Positions 52,681-64,000 of a stretch of 64,000 nt of DNA are shown here, piece after piece. Below the pieces are notes generated by a model. It was not told where the DNA came from. It did not search any database and saw only the letters and a list, made by a program, of their open reading frames with translations. Source of the DNA: Eledone cirrhosa (taxonomy: Eukaryota). Made by a program: the position numbers and the translations under genes. The stretch's first letter is position 1; the number at the start of each line of letters is the position of its first letter. Where the stretch lies: the NCBI GenBank assembly GCA_964016885.1, contig OZ024745.1:124310001-124374000 (forward strand), written 5' to 3'.

Positions 52681-53704
52681 ACAAGCATATATACATACAT
52701 ACATGCAAGCCTGTATATTTATATATATATATTTAAGTCATGGGGTTTAAATGATATATATTTCCCCTCTACATTCTCATACAAACAACAAATAAATCCT
52801 GCAGTATTTTCATCGAAGATTTTCAAAACAGAATAATGTTTGCATCAAGGCAGTTCAGAAGGTTGTGATAAGTGATTCTCAAAGACTTTTCTTTGATTAG
52901 AATTTTCAAACAATCATTTTCCCAAGATCTTCAGAACTATTACTGGCTAGACTGCATTTAGTTTTCACAATAACTGAAGTAGGGCTTCTATAAACTGTGC
53001 AGTGTTTTTTTAATTACCCTCTTGAGTTTCTATGCCTGACTGCAGCATGCTTCCAACGATTCCCCGCTCCATTCAGTCCTATCAAATGTAATTAGTTTCT
53101 TTTTGTTGTACAGTTTGGCGTTGTTTTCTGATGTTAGAATTAGGTTAAGAATGAATAACAAACAGAAAAAGAAATAAGATATAAAATATGAAATAAAATA
53201 AATTAAAATAAAATCAAAGCAAATAATCGAAACAAGAAGAACAACAACAATGTGATACAAAAGAGATATAAATAAACACTAACAACAAAAACAATATCAA
53301 TGAGCAAACAATTACATACGATCTTAGGCAAAGAGAGGAAAGAGGAAAGAAGAAAAGAGAAAACGAGGAGTGAAAGGGATGAGAAAGGAGAAGAGTGGCA
53401 ATGAACATATAGATTTACAAGGTTTCATTGCACGTAGAGTGTCATGTAAGAGATTACAGTTTGCATTGATAATCTATGTAAGATGGAGACTCATTGCTGT
53501 CACAGTAACTGAAATCTGATTTACCATAAGCCACACTCCATCCTCTTCACGCACAGATATTTTTTAATCATCTGTACCACTCACCACAACCACTAATACA
53601 ACTACTACTACCACTACCACTACACTATAAGCATCCCTCAACATTACCACCTCAGCCAACACCACATTCAACATGTGACACTTACCATCTCATCACAACA
53701 CTAC

Positions 53705-53738
<34 letters not shown>

Positions 53739-53869
53739 GTAGTTCTAATAAGATCCCCACTGATATTAACTTCTTACCCTTGCAGCCATCATTAAGCTCT
53801 TCCTGACCCCATCACTACCAACCTATTGCTATTCCCACCACAAACACCATCACTTCCTTCTTCATTTAT

Positions 53870-54436
53870 AGCATGTGTAGTGTGCATATTGATATTATAC
53901 GCAAGTATATATAATGTAGATATGATTCGTCAAATGAAATCGTAATTGACAATATGCACAGAAATTGAAGAGAGACTGTGTTACACTCTCTTCTGTAATC
54001 AGTAAAGTAATCCATGATACATTAAAAAAGACGATATTATATATAAACTGCATTAGGAGAAAATTAGTGATAGAAATATATGAATGTTTATTTAAGCGGT
54101 TGCTAACCGGAAGTATTGACATTTGAAAATGTTAAAGAAGTGAATCTTTAAATAAGCAATAAAATATATTTAATCAACCGTTACGAAATTTAGTAGATAA
54201 ATTATGTAATATTCATTCATTATTTATTCAAAGGGTGGTGAATTGACAGTATCGGTAGAGGGTGAGACGCCATGCTTTCCAACATAGTTACGTCCCTTTA
54301 TGTTCTGAGTTCAAATCCCGCCGAGGTTGACTTTGCCTTTCATCCTTATGGGGTCGATAAAATAAAGTACCAGTAATGCACTGGGTAATTGCTGGCCTTG
54401 TGCCTAAAGTAGAAACAATTATTTATTCAAAGTAAT
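53870..54436 (-). mobile_element. Truncated copy of the SINE-carrying Helitron
   Basis: Aligns with 2478-2986, including the SINE (54232-54421) and its TSD attatttattcaaag. Confidence 0.85.
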
Positions 54437-55039
54437 CAATGAAAGACATTTTTCGTTGCTTCATCTGTAACTAGTACACCCAAACCTCCCTCAAATCACA
54501 TAGTCTGAGAAAAAAACTCCTTTGATAATATGTTGCAAGTTTTCATGAATAAATGAAAAAGATAGGATGATCACTGCAGGAATGTCTTTGTTCATAAGCC
54601 TGATTAATCAGGACTCATTTGGAGCATAATTAAAGCAACAAAAATATTTTCCACCACCCATGCTGTTAGACTCAGACTTTGAAACTTTCTGGGAGTCAAC
54701 CTTGTTGAAAGCAGTCAACCAACTCTCCTGGTGAACACTAATCACATTGAGGGAGGTTGTTGTGTCTTTCAGACTGCAGTTGAAAACTTTTCTAAGACCC
54801 TGGCTGGTCTTTTTGCGGCTGGCACTGACTGAGTGTCTCATAATCTGAAGTGGAACTTGTCAATCACCTATCCTCTATGGACGAAAAATAAAGCAACAAC
54901 ACCTCCTACCACCACCACTCCCAAACCAAAGAAAAAAAAACAGACAAAGGAAGATATGAGTGTGTACATTACTTCAGTAAGGTTGTTGTATTAAGGATGA
55001 TGCGAGTTTTGACTTTGTTCGGGAGAGTGATAGAAGGCT

Positions 55040-55430
55040 CTTCATGGGGGAGAATTTGAATCATTATAATCTTATGGTAGATTTGCCTTTGTACATTCAA
55101 AGTTGGTATGAATTTCTCTTGTCTGGTGTTATTAACCTTGAAATAAGTCTTTTGGAAGCATAATTGTATTTCCTGGTGTGCTGAAGAAAAGTCTGCATTG
55201 TCTAGATTCCTCAGTGATGGAAGTAAGCAGTTGTCTTAGATACCCAATAATTGGTAGATTAACATTTCCATTGGAACAACATATTGTTGTGGTCGTTTGC
55301 TTCTATTTATTGGCTCAGCATTTCTCATAAATTTTAGTCATGATGTCAATTGAAACAGTCTTTTCATGAGTATAGCTGTTATGTCCAGGATCATAACTGA
55401 AAGTATCTCTCTTCAATTTCTAGTTTGTAA
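55040..55430 (-). mobile_element. Helitron RepHel N-terminal (Zn-finger-like) coding fragment, decayed
   Basis: FSYDP...VSIDIMTKIYEKC*ANK...ICCSNGNVNLP...RKYN...FIPTLNVQRQIYHKI matches the CC..G.V.LP / R.YN / PTF.VQGQ.YH motifs of Helitron RepHel. Confidence 0.75.
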
Positions 55431-55559
55431 ATGAAATATATCTACTCTCTGGTAGTCCTATGCTTATATGTCTACTTGATTCAGTGTTATTTCAACTTTC
55501 TGTTCATGTTAAGTCTGGCATTTACCAAACATTTTCAGTTATTTATGTTTTAAAGAATA

Positions 55560-55960
55560 TTTTATTTATCGAGTATATCATGTAAATACAGTTTAATAGG
55601 AAAAGAAAAAGAAGAACATTTGGATTGAGAAGAACGGAATGTAAAATAGGAAAATATAGAGAAAAAAAGAGAAAAAAGAGAAAAAAAACAGAAAGGGGAG
55701 GGAATGGCAAGAATTCTAATGTCACAGAAGAATGAGAAGGAAGAGGGGGGGGGGGGTGAATCGTCTCTGAGCCTAGGGCAGTAGAGGGACTGTGCCCTGT
55801 AGACAAGACCACTGCAAAAGCATTCCCGTGGACAATGGCCAGTGACACCTGCTGCAACAGGGCTCCCTCCTCAGATGGGCCGCTGACGTTCCGATCTTGT
55901 GGAGGAGCTTGACAGCAACCTGTTTAGTAGCATTCTGTCCAAGGTGAGCATGTCATTCAT
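55560..55960 (-). mobile_element. CRE-like RLE non-LTR 3' end
   Basis: LQQVSLAIVHGNAFAVV resembles the terminal Q.LS.AIQRGNA motif, followed by a pyrimidine-rich UTR. Confidence 0.55.
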
Positions 55961-56651
55961 CATATGTCACCAGTTGTCTATTTTTAGCATGTCTTGTAGA
56001 ATCATTCTGTGGAAAGTGAACCTCACACCTTCACTGCTAATTTCAGGACTTTTGCTTGCTGTATTTTTACTGACATTAGCTTGAAGTCTTTGTTGTTGCT
56101 GCTTATATTGTTTCTGCTTTCCTCAGAATACGTTTACCTTTTGCAGAGGAGGATGCTGTAAGTGTAATGTGCTATTTCGCTGGGATCATTCATGAAAGCA
56201 TCATTTTTTTTTTTAAAGTTAGGGATAAATTGAACAAATGGGATTTTAAGATAAAGTAAAGATGCAACTGATATGAGAATGTGTGCACTGAGTGCCTATT
56301 TGGGTAAACATATATATATATATATATATGATGATGATGATGATGATGATGATTATATATATATATATATATATTTTATACCTAATTTAGTATGGTTGAC
56401 GATATATTTAATCGATTTCCACGTGCTATTGAAATGCTGGGTAAATATTCTATAGCTATTGATCGCGAATAGATGGCTGTCGTTTATTTATCTATTATTT
56501 CTTCATAGGTGCCTTTTAATGATGTATGTGAGGTTAATAAGATATGGCAGTCCTATGAGGAAGAGTGGCAGTAAGAGATATTAAAATGATTAGAAATATA
56601 TATAATAGAATAAATATGGTTTTATAAATATAGTTTCCATTTATTTAATAT

Positions 56652-56715
<64 letters not shown>

Positions 56716-56716
<1 letters not shown>

Positions 56717-57716
56717 TCCCTGGAGCACTCCAGCCAGTATCTCAAAGAACTGTGTCATCCCATCAGGTGTAATGACTTGGGCTTTGGTGTTGGTGTAGAG
56801 CAGTGATATCAGATCTACTATCTTCTTGGGGATTCGATAAGCCTGTAAGATCTTCATCAGGCAGTGACGGTCCACAGAATCAAAGGACTCTGGCTTTACT
56901 GTAGCACCGGCTCAGAGCAGGAGAGTTAAGGTGAAAAAGATATCGGATGCTGAATTTGTCGATGACATAGTTTTGGTGACAAATATAGTGAAGGAGGCAG
57001 AGGATTTGATGCATGAGGTTGAGACTGTGTCGATGAGTGTGGGGCTGAAAATGAATGAGACTAAAACAAAATATTTGGTAGAGAATGTTGAGAAGCCAGA
57101 GGGGATCACTAATGTAGGCGGGAAGCCGCTAGAATTGGTTGAGGACTTCCTGTATTTGGGAGCAAAGATTGGGAATACGGAAGATGATGTGGTTGAGATG
57201 AAGAGCAAAGCCTGGGCGGCGTGCCACAGCTTGAGATCGGTGTGGAAGTCGAACCTTCGTAAAGACCTGAAAATCCGCCTCTTCATTGCTGTAGCGGAGT
57301 CTGTGCTGCTGTACGGGTCTGAGACTTGGACACTGACCAAGAAACTCACTCAGATGGTGGGTGGGTGCTACACGAGAATGCTGAGGATGGCTCTGAACAT
57401 TAATCAGTATACACTGAGGATGAAAATCTCAGAGCTGTATGGGAGCCTCCCAAAAGTCAGCTCAAAAGTGACACAGGGGAGACTGAGGTTAGCTGGACAT
57501 GCTCACCGACATCCAGAGTTGACATTGCACTCAGTGCTCCTGTGGGAGCCCATACATGGTCACACTGGAAGAGGAAGACCAAGGTTAATGTATGTTGAAG
57601 CCCTAAGGACAGACACTGGTCTGTTGGAGATGCAGGACATGGCAGCGATAATGAGGGATAGAGACCGCTGGAGAGAACTCGCCCATAGATCTCGGGAATT
57701 TTACCCACCTTAGAAT
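56716..57716 (+). mobile_element. 5'-truncated, 5'-inverted RTE-like LINE in (TA)n
   Basis: 56716-56885 (-) FDSVDR...ILAGVLQG. 56886-57713 (+) EFVDDIVL...FLYLGA...LLYGSETW...RLRLAGH...GRPRL. Confidence 0.92.
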
Positions 57717-58122
57717 ATATATTGGCAAGGAACAAAACAAAAACAAGGAGTGCAGTACGAACAGTGTTGGTATTAGGTTTACGCTTGAGAGGGGGGGGGG
57801 CATATATATACATTTATGTGTGTGTGTATGTGCAGCTATGTATTTATTTATCTCTCTTTCTGTCTGTCTGTCTCTTTCCCTCTACATACTCACACACACA
57901 CACATGTGCACACATGTACGCACACATGCACTCACACAAATACATATATAATTATTAAGGCCAGTTATTACAATTGTGCCACACAAAAGAGTCTACATTT
58001 CGTTAGTATGGACCAACTTGTTCAACCTGTGCCAATGAAAATGTACCAGAAAATGTTACTCAGAAAGAAAAAATAAACTATTACTACATTATATACATAT
58101 ATATATATATGTATATATATAT

Positions 58123-58595
58123 ATAAATTAATAAAAACAATGAAATAAAAACAAAGAACAGGTTCTTTATATTGAAAAAAATCATCATTTTACGATCGCT
58201 TTTGGGATATATATGTGTGTGTTGGTATGTATACATGTATATATGTCATCTTCAGAAATCATTTCTGAAGATGGCATATATAGGTGAAGGTATGTATATC
58301 TCCTCAGATAATTTGTAATATTTTTTTACATAGATCTTTAATATGATATACATACCAACACACATATATATCCCAGAAACGATGATCGTAAAATGATGAT
58401 TTTTTCAATATAAGGAACCTGTTCTTTGTTTTTATTTCATTGTTTTTATTAATTTATCTTGACTCTGTTTTACTATGATTTTTGTCGTTAAATTTTGAAT
58501 GTATTTTCTCTTTTCATGATATCTTATATTTTTGGATTACATTGAGTTCTTCATACGGATTGGACACTACCGTTTATTTTGGTAGATTTATCTAC
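58123..58595 (+). mobile_element. Fold-back Penelope-like remnant with a complete hammerhead
   Basis: Inverted arms ~58123-58257 / 58262-58457, ttgagttctt in the tail, microsatellite flanks. Confidence 0.8.
58258..58397 (+). ncRNA. Type I hammerhead ribozyme motif
   Basis: Stem I atcattt, CTGAAGA (58265), stem II tggcatatata...tatatatccca, GAAA (58376), stem III cgat-g-atcg, cleavage triplet GTA (after 58390), stem I aaatgat (7/7 pairs). Confidence 0.8.
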
Positions 58596-58619
58596 ACACA
58601 CACACATATATATATATAT

Positions 58620-59032
58620 AATAGCTCTCACCGAATTTTTGACTAAAGGAATTTTAACCTGATAATGGAGTTTGGAACCCTCAGATAAATGGAAAAAGAT
58701 GAGTATTGACGTACATGGGAGTCGAACCCACATCTTTGGTTATCGCAACCACTGTGCTACCACATCACCTATCTCTTTCCATTCAATTTAGAAGCTACAT
58801 TCTTAGCGAGTTTAAATGGCAAGTATGTTTTGAAATAGTGAGCAGGTTTGAAATTAGAAAATAGAATAGCTTTCACCGTATTTTTGACTAAAGGAACTTT
58901 AGCCTTTTTCCATTTATCTGAGGGTTCTAAACCCCATTATCAGGCTAAAATTCCTTTAGTCAAAAATACGGTGAAAGCTATTCTATTTTCTAATTTCAAA
59001 CCTGCTCACTGTTTCAAAACATACTTACTTGC
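58620..59032 (-). mobile_element. (TA)n-embedded element with direct and inverted terminal repeats and an internal tRNA-like Pol III head
   Basis: - strand A box TAGCACAGTGG (58759-58749) and B box GGTTCGACTCC (58728-58718). Direct repeat 58621-58660 / 58867-58903, inverted arm 58904-59026. Confidence 0.75.
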
Positions 59033-59117
59033 AATATATATATATTTATTTATTAACATAACAGATTAAAGTTTAAGCAAAGAATCGGTGCATTTATTAT
59101 TATTATTACTACATATA

Positions 59118-59185
<68 letters not shown>

Positions 59186-59711
59186 TATATATCAGTGTCT
59201 GTGAGTATTAAGGGCATTAAGGGCATGGTGCCATCTGGGTAAGCAGTGCATATAAATAAATACACAAATTATTTGATAGAAAAAGTAAACAGTTCCCATT
59301 ATCGTTATAAAAATGGCTATATAATGCTTGGAATCTAAGATACAATTTAATAATTGGCTGGTATTTTGATGTTCCTCTGTCTTTCAAGTTCAATATTCAT
59401 ACTTACCATCATAGCTATTGAACACATTGTCATGAGTTCCATCTCTTGTATACATAAAATATAACAACAAAAGAAACAGAATATAATCTGATTTTGCCGT
59501 CATTACAATATGTACATGTTTATATATGTACATGTTTATATTATATTACATGTGTGTTTGGCTCTCATCATTGAATATATTTTATGAGCTCCATTGTTAT
59601 TTTATTAGAGTATATAAAATATAAAATATAAATAATGTATATATATATACATTGTTATTTTATGAGAGTATATAAAATATAAAATATAAATATATATATA
59701 TACACATATAT

Positions 59712-59758
<47 letters not shown>

Positions 59759-59984
59759 GTGTGTGTATATATACACGTTTTGGCACGCATAAAAGAAAAT
59801 AAGAAATGGAAATATTTCTCTATATGATGTTTTATATATTATAAAGTTTAAGTTTGTTTAAGTGCATATATAGATGCAACATAGTCGATTATGTGTGTAT
59901 AATGTATTACTATGATGTAGACATTTGGAAGTTTGAGCCAACCAACATTCTGTGATACATGCACCTCATACAATTAGTAGTGAA

Positions 59985-60125
59985 GATGCACGATTTAGTG
60001 GTTAGAGACTTGAATTCACAAGCTAACGCTAGTGTGTTTGATTTCTGGGCTGAGTGATGTGTTGTGTCCTTGAGCAAGACACATCATTTCATATGGCTCC
60101 TTCTGCCATGAGTTGCGACATACAC
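59985..60125 (+). mobile_element. Degenerate tRNA/CORE-like SINE head
   Basis: ttagtggttagag...gtgttgtgtccttgagcaagacac. Confidence 0.7.
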
Positions 60126-60246
60126 GCAGCAAATCTCCAAATTAGTTGACTGAATCTGCATGTGTGTTTTTTTTTCTCATTATTTTCCCATTTTTTTCCT
60201 TTTCTCACTCTTTATCTTTCTATTTCATCTTTTGTTTCTAATTCTA

Positions 60247-60283
60247 TCTTCTGATGAAGGACTATATATCTGAAACGTTAAGA
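60247..60283 (+). ncRNA. Minimal type I hammerhead motif (Penelope-like)
   Basis: tctt-CTGATGA-aggactatatatct-GAAAC-GT-T|aaga. Palindromic ACGT stem III, stem I tctt/aaga. Confidence 0.7.
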
Positions 60284-60409
60284 CACTTTTCCTGTTATTT
60301 CAATGGTTAAACTGATATATTTCTTCAATGTACTGTGTCATTTGCTTTGTTATTCTGCTTTCTTTTTACACACTCACACACACATATATATGTATCTATA
60401 TATATATAT

Positions 60410-60645
60410 ATTTATTAAAATAACAGATCAAAGTTTAAGCAAAGAATCGCTGCTTTCAACCTTAACAGGATCTTCTGAAACTCCCATTCAGAAGATCCCG
60501 TTAAGGGTGAAAGCAGCGATTCTTTGCTTAAACTTTGATCTGTTATTTTAATAAATATTTGCTCTACGGTTCTTATATATTTGATATATATTTATCCTTA
60601 TCGAGCCCTCTTTGGATTTTAGTCTTCAAATTTATTTTTATTACT
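60410..60645 (+). mobile_element. Fold-back element in (TA)n (~70-bp arms plus tail)
   Basis: 60410-60479 is the reverse complement of 60488-60558. Core-like CAGAAGA-tccc-gttaa-gggt-GAAAGC. Fragments also occur at 59045-59091 and inside the 31263 Helitron. Confidence 0.75.
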
Positions 60646-61919
60646 ATATATATACCAGTATAAATACATATACCAGTATATATAAAATGAATTGTCTTAA
60701 TTGAGAATTAAACCAATTCATTTGATTAGCTCATCTGTAGTGCCATAATGCTTATCATATTTACCATTTTAATGCAATTTGTTCACTTTTTATATCAGCA
60801 ATTGCACCAGTCCCAACCAATTCTTTTCCCTCACACTCTGTTCTTTTTATTATTGATTCTATATTATGTAGCATAATAGATATCTAGTTTTATTCTAGAA
60901 AAGTTTGAGAAGCTAACAATTTAGTCATTCACAAATTAATATCTTGCATAATTAAATTCTATATATATATATTCTTTTTATTTTGTTAAAATTTCATTTT
61001 GCTTTAAAATTTTTTTTTATTATTTTTAATTTAAAATTTTTGTTATTTTTTTTATTTTATTTTTTTTATATTTTTATATATCAGTGTTTCCTTCATATTT
61101 TATTGCCAGCTGTATCATTTTCTATCCTTACTTCATTAGACTATCTGGTGTGGGATGCAATGCAATCTTACATTGTTCAGGAAAAAAATAAAACAAATGA
61201 TATGAACTATCAATAAGTATAATTAAAGGACACAACTTACTGGCATGAAGAAAACATTAAATTTCTTTTAATGGGAATCATAAAATTGGAGTCAATGAGG
61301 AATGCGCCACTTACTTTTGTTTTGTTTCTTAATCTTACTATTTTAACTTTATTACCATATTGATTTCTTACTCTAAGAGAAAATTTCAGATTTATAGAGC
61401 TATGTGAAACATGATACACTCATAAAATACCTTCAGTTAGGGAGTGGATCTGAATCTAAGTCAGCTGACAGGGAACTTAAATCTACAATTCCATAAGGAA
61501 TTGTTTTCAATTTCTAGGCTCCATAAAATAAAACACCAGTCAAATACTAGGGTTAATTTATTCCTTTCATCCTTATATTTCTTATTAAAGACATGTTGAA
61601 GATAATCAAGAATTTAGAATATAACTAACTTTCTCCTTATAAGCAGGTGTTTGAAGAATAACTGCTTTGACCTGAACCTAGCACCTATCACCCTCTCCCC
61701 TTCTCCTCTATTTCTTCCATGACCTAATAGTCATTGTTCTTTCCCTCCTTTTTCTCATTGATGGCATTTATAGTCCTTTCCTTTACTTTCCTATACATCC
61801 AGATCTGCCCTTCTTTATCCCACCTTTTCTGTTATTCCTATAATTAATTATGAAAACAATAAATATCTATCTATACTGTTAAAAAAAAAAAAAGTTAAAT
61901 GTTTTAATGTAAAATTATA

Positions 61920-62830
61920 ATGGAAGTATTCATGGGTTTTATATCAAATAATAATAATTTCTAGTGTAGGCACAAGGTCAGTTATTTGGTGGGGAGGAGG
62001 GGAAAGTCAGTTAAATAGACCCAGGTACATTACTGGTGCTTTATTTTATCGACCCCGTAAAGATGAAAGGCAAAGTTAACCTTGGTGGGATTTGAACTCA
62101 GACCATAAGGGACCGTAACTCTATGCTGCAAAGCATGGTGTCCAACTCTCTACCGATACTGCCAATCCACCACCCTTTTATATCAAATAATTATAATATT
62201 CAATTTGTTTGCAAGTAAACAGCCTCATTACTTTATGTTTTTACATGACCATCGCCATACTTTTGTTCTAGAAGTAACAGAGGTAAAGAACCAACAATAT
62301 TGTTTCTGGGTTATTGCCCTTTGTCAAGATTGTGTATCTCTCTTCTGTCACTTACAAGAACTTTTAAGAATATATAGTATTCTATAAAATATATCTTAAC
62401 TGATTAGCCAAATTTGCATACTGAGTGATTTTACAGCTGACTTTGCTGAAAATTAAAAACAAAATGAAAATTTGGTTTTTGGCTCAAACATAGTGGATAC
62501 ATAAATATATTCTTGAGTTTTATATCAAATAATAATTGTTTCTACTTTTGGCACAAGGCCAGCAATTATCCCAGTGCATTACTGGTACTTTATTTTATCG
62601 ACCCCGTAAGGATGAAAGGCAAAGTTAACCGTTATCAAATAATAATAATATCTGATTCGTTTGCAAGCAAACAGCCTCAATATGTTATGTTTTTTAGATG
62701 TCCATCACCATTCTTTTGTTCTAGTGGTGACACAGAGAAACAATCAGCAATATCATTTCTGGGTTATTTCCCTCTATCAAGATTGTGTATTTCATTTATG
62801 TCAGTTTTGTATTGAAGAAATATACAGCAT
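61920..62830 (+). repeat. Old tandem duplication (~250-bp units), each unit interrupted by a SINE at the same site (61950-62175 -, 62531-62630 -)
   Basis: ttatatcaaataat[SINE]...tttgcaag(t/c)aaacagcctca...tttctgggttatt...tcaagattgtgtat occurs twice. Confidence 0.85.
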
Positions 62831-63023
62831 CTATGTTATGAAAATACAACATGTTCATAGTTAACATTTGAATTTATACAGGCTTCAGCATTGGCACATT
62901 CCATAAAGTGAAGACATCTCTCTCCCTGGAAGCTAACAGTTCAGCTTGCATATATCTTATTTGCTCTCCAGGGAAAACAAGCATATCAGATCCTGCTGAT
63001 ACTGTAACATTATTTATGTTTTG

Positions 63024-63213
63024 AGGGCGGTGGATTGGCAGTATCGGTAGAGGGTCAGATGCCATGCTTTGTAGCACAGTTACGTCCCTTTACGGACTGA
63101 GTTCAAATCCCGCCGAGGTTAACTTTGCCTTTCATCCTTACGGGGTTGATAAAATAAAGTACCAGTAATACACTGGTATAATTGCTGGCCTTGTGCCAAA
63201 AGTAGAAACAATT
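63024..63213 (+). mobile_element. SINE family A
   Basis: Full length, TSD attatttatg(t/c)tttga. Confidence 0.93.
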
Positions 63214-63389
63214 ATTTATGCTTTGATTTGTACATGGATACATGATGGGGATTCATTGTTGATTAAAATTCCACTGGGGGTGTATAGCCACATGCAAACA
63301 CATATTTGGATTGTGGGATCCTCAAGAGTTGTTCTTCATGCTGAATATGGACAACCACTGTGTGAGTATCAGACAAGGAAACATCTGAA

Positions 63390-63720
63390 TATTGAAGTAG
63401 ACATGACTGCGCAGATCCTCTGCACACAACCCCCAGGTCTCACTACCATGCAACATTGCTGTTTGTATACATGCATCATACAATATGACCTTCATTTTGA
63501 TGGAAAAATTTCTAAACTTTCCCCAACCCATTCTCACTCTGGCTACTATGCTTTTGGAACGCTCACATCCATCTTTAATTTGGTCAACAGGGTAACAGCA
63601 ACTATCTACTACTTCTACAGAGTCCTCTGGGCATTTGATGGAGCTAGTATTCTGTGGGCTCTTGCTATTTATTGCAGCTGTAAAACCTGTGGAGGTAGCC
63701 ATTTTTATTTCATATAACAG
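63390..63720 (-). mobile_element. RTE RT C-terminal fragment
   Basis: VEVVDSCCY...ARVRMGWGKFR...LYDACIQTAMLHGSETW. Confidence 0.85.
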
Positions 63721-63863
63721 GCTAAATGAGTTGAGCTGTATAATCCAACAAAATTTAAGTACTTGTATATCGCACTGTTACAACTAATTATACTTAACTT
63801 GTCTTATGGACTGAGTGCTCTTATCCTCTTATCCTTAGATATTTCTAATAAACATAAGCTACA

Positions 63864-63864
<1 letters not shown>

Positions 63865-63894
<30 letters not shown>

Positions 63895-63919
63895 CGAAGT
63901 ATATATATATATATACGAC

Positions 63920-64000
<81 letters not shown>
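63865..64000. repeat. (TA)n microsatellite
   Basis: Seen directly. Confidence 0.97.

Noticed and set aside
58707-58769. Functional tRNA gene
   Set aside because: It has A and B boxes but is too short, with no proper D or anticodon arm. The other tRNA-like sequences in the window are SINE heads.

Overview
This is AT-rich, microsatellite-laden animal genomic DNA. The SINE set (tRNA head + Nin/Deu-like domain; tRNA head + CORE-like domain + RTE tail) and the heavy (TA)n/(TACA)n/(ATC)n load suggest a cephalopod, probably an octopus (inference). I can see no intact host gene. Recognisable content: about 19 copies of one SINE family; two long, decayed Tx1/L1-clade LINEs; RTE, R4/Dong-like and CRE-like LINE fragments; two complete non-autonomous Helitrons and a RepHel fragment; piggyBac-like MITEs; and a hAT element whose interior has expanded into an 18-unit minisatellite. 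Two patterns stand out. (1) At least 9 unrelated short elements sit in or next to (TA)n tracts. They variously combine fold-back or permuted terminal repeats, intact or degenerate hammerhead-ribozyme cores and a downstream ttGAGTGCT-like motif, resembling Penelope-like/retrozyme elements. One family has a scrambled-order hammerhead supported by a compensatory base change, and one carries a Pol III tRNA head. (2) The unique DNA between the insertions reads as long, intronless, stop-interrupted frames on both strands that continue across SINE and Helitron insertions. This may be a fossil gene-dense element such as an endogenous DNA virus, but I recognised no hallmark gene. All coordinates and counts were read by eye and may be off by a few bases.
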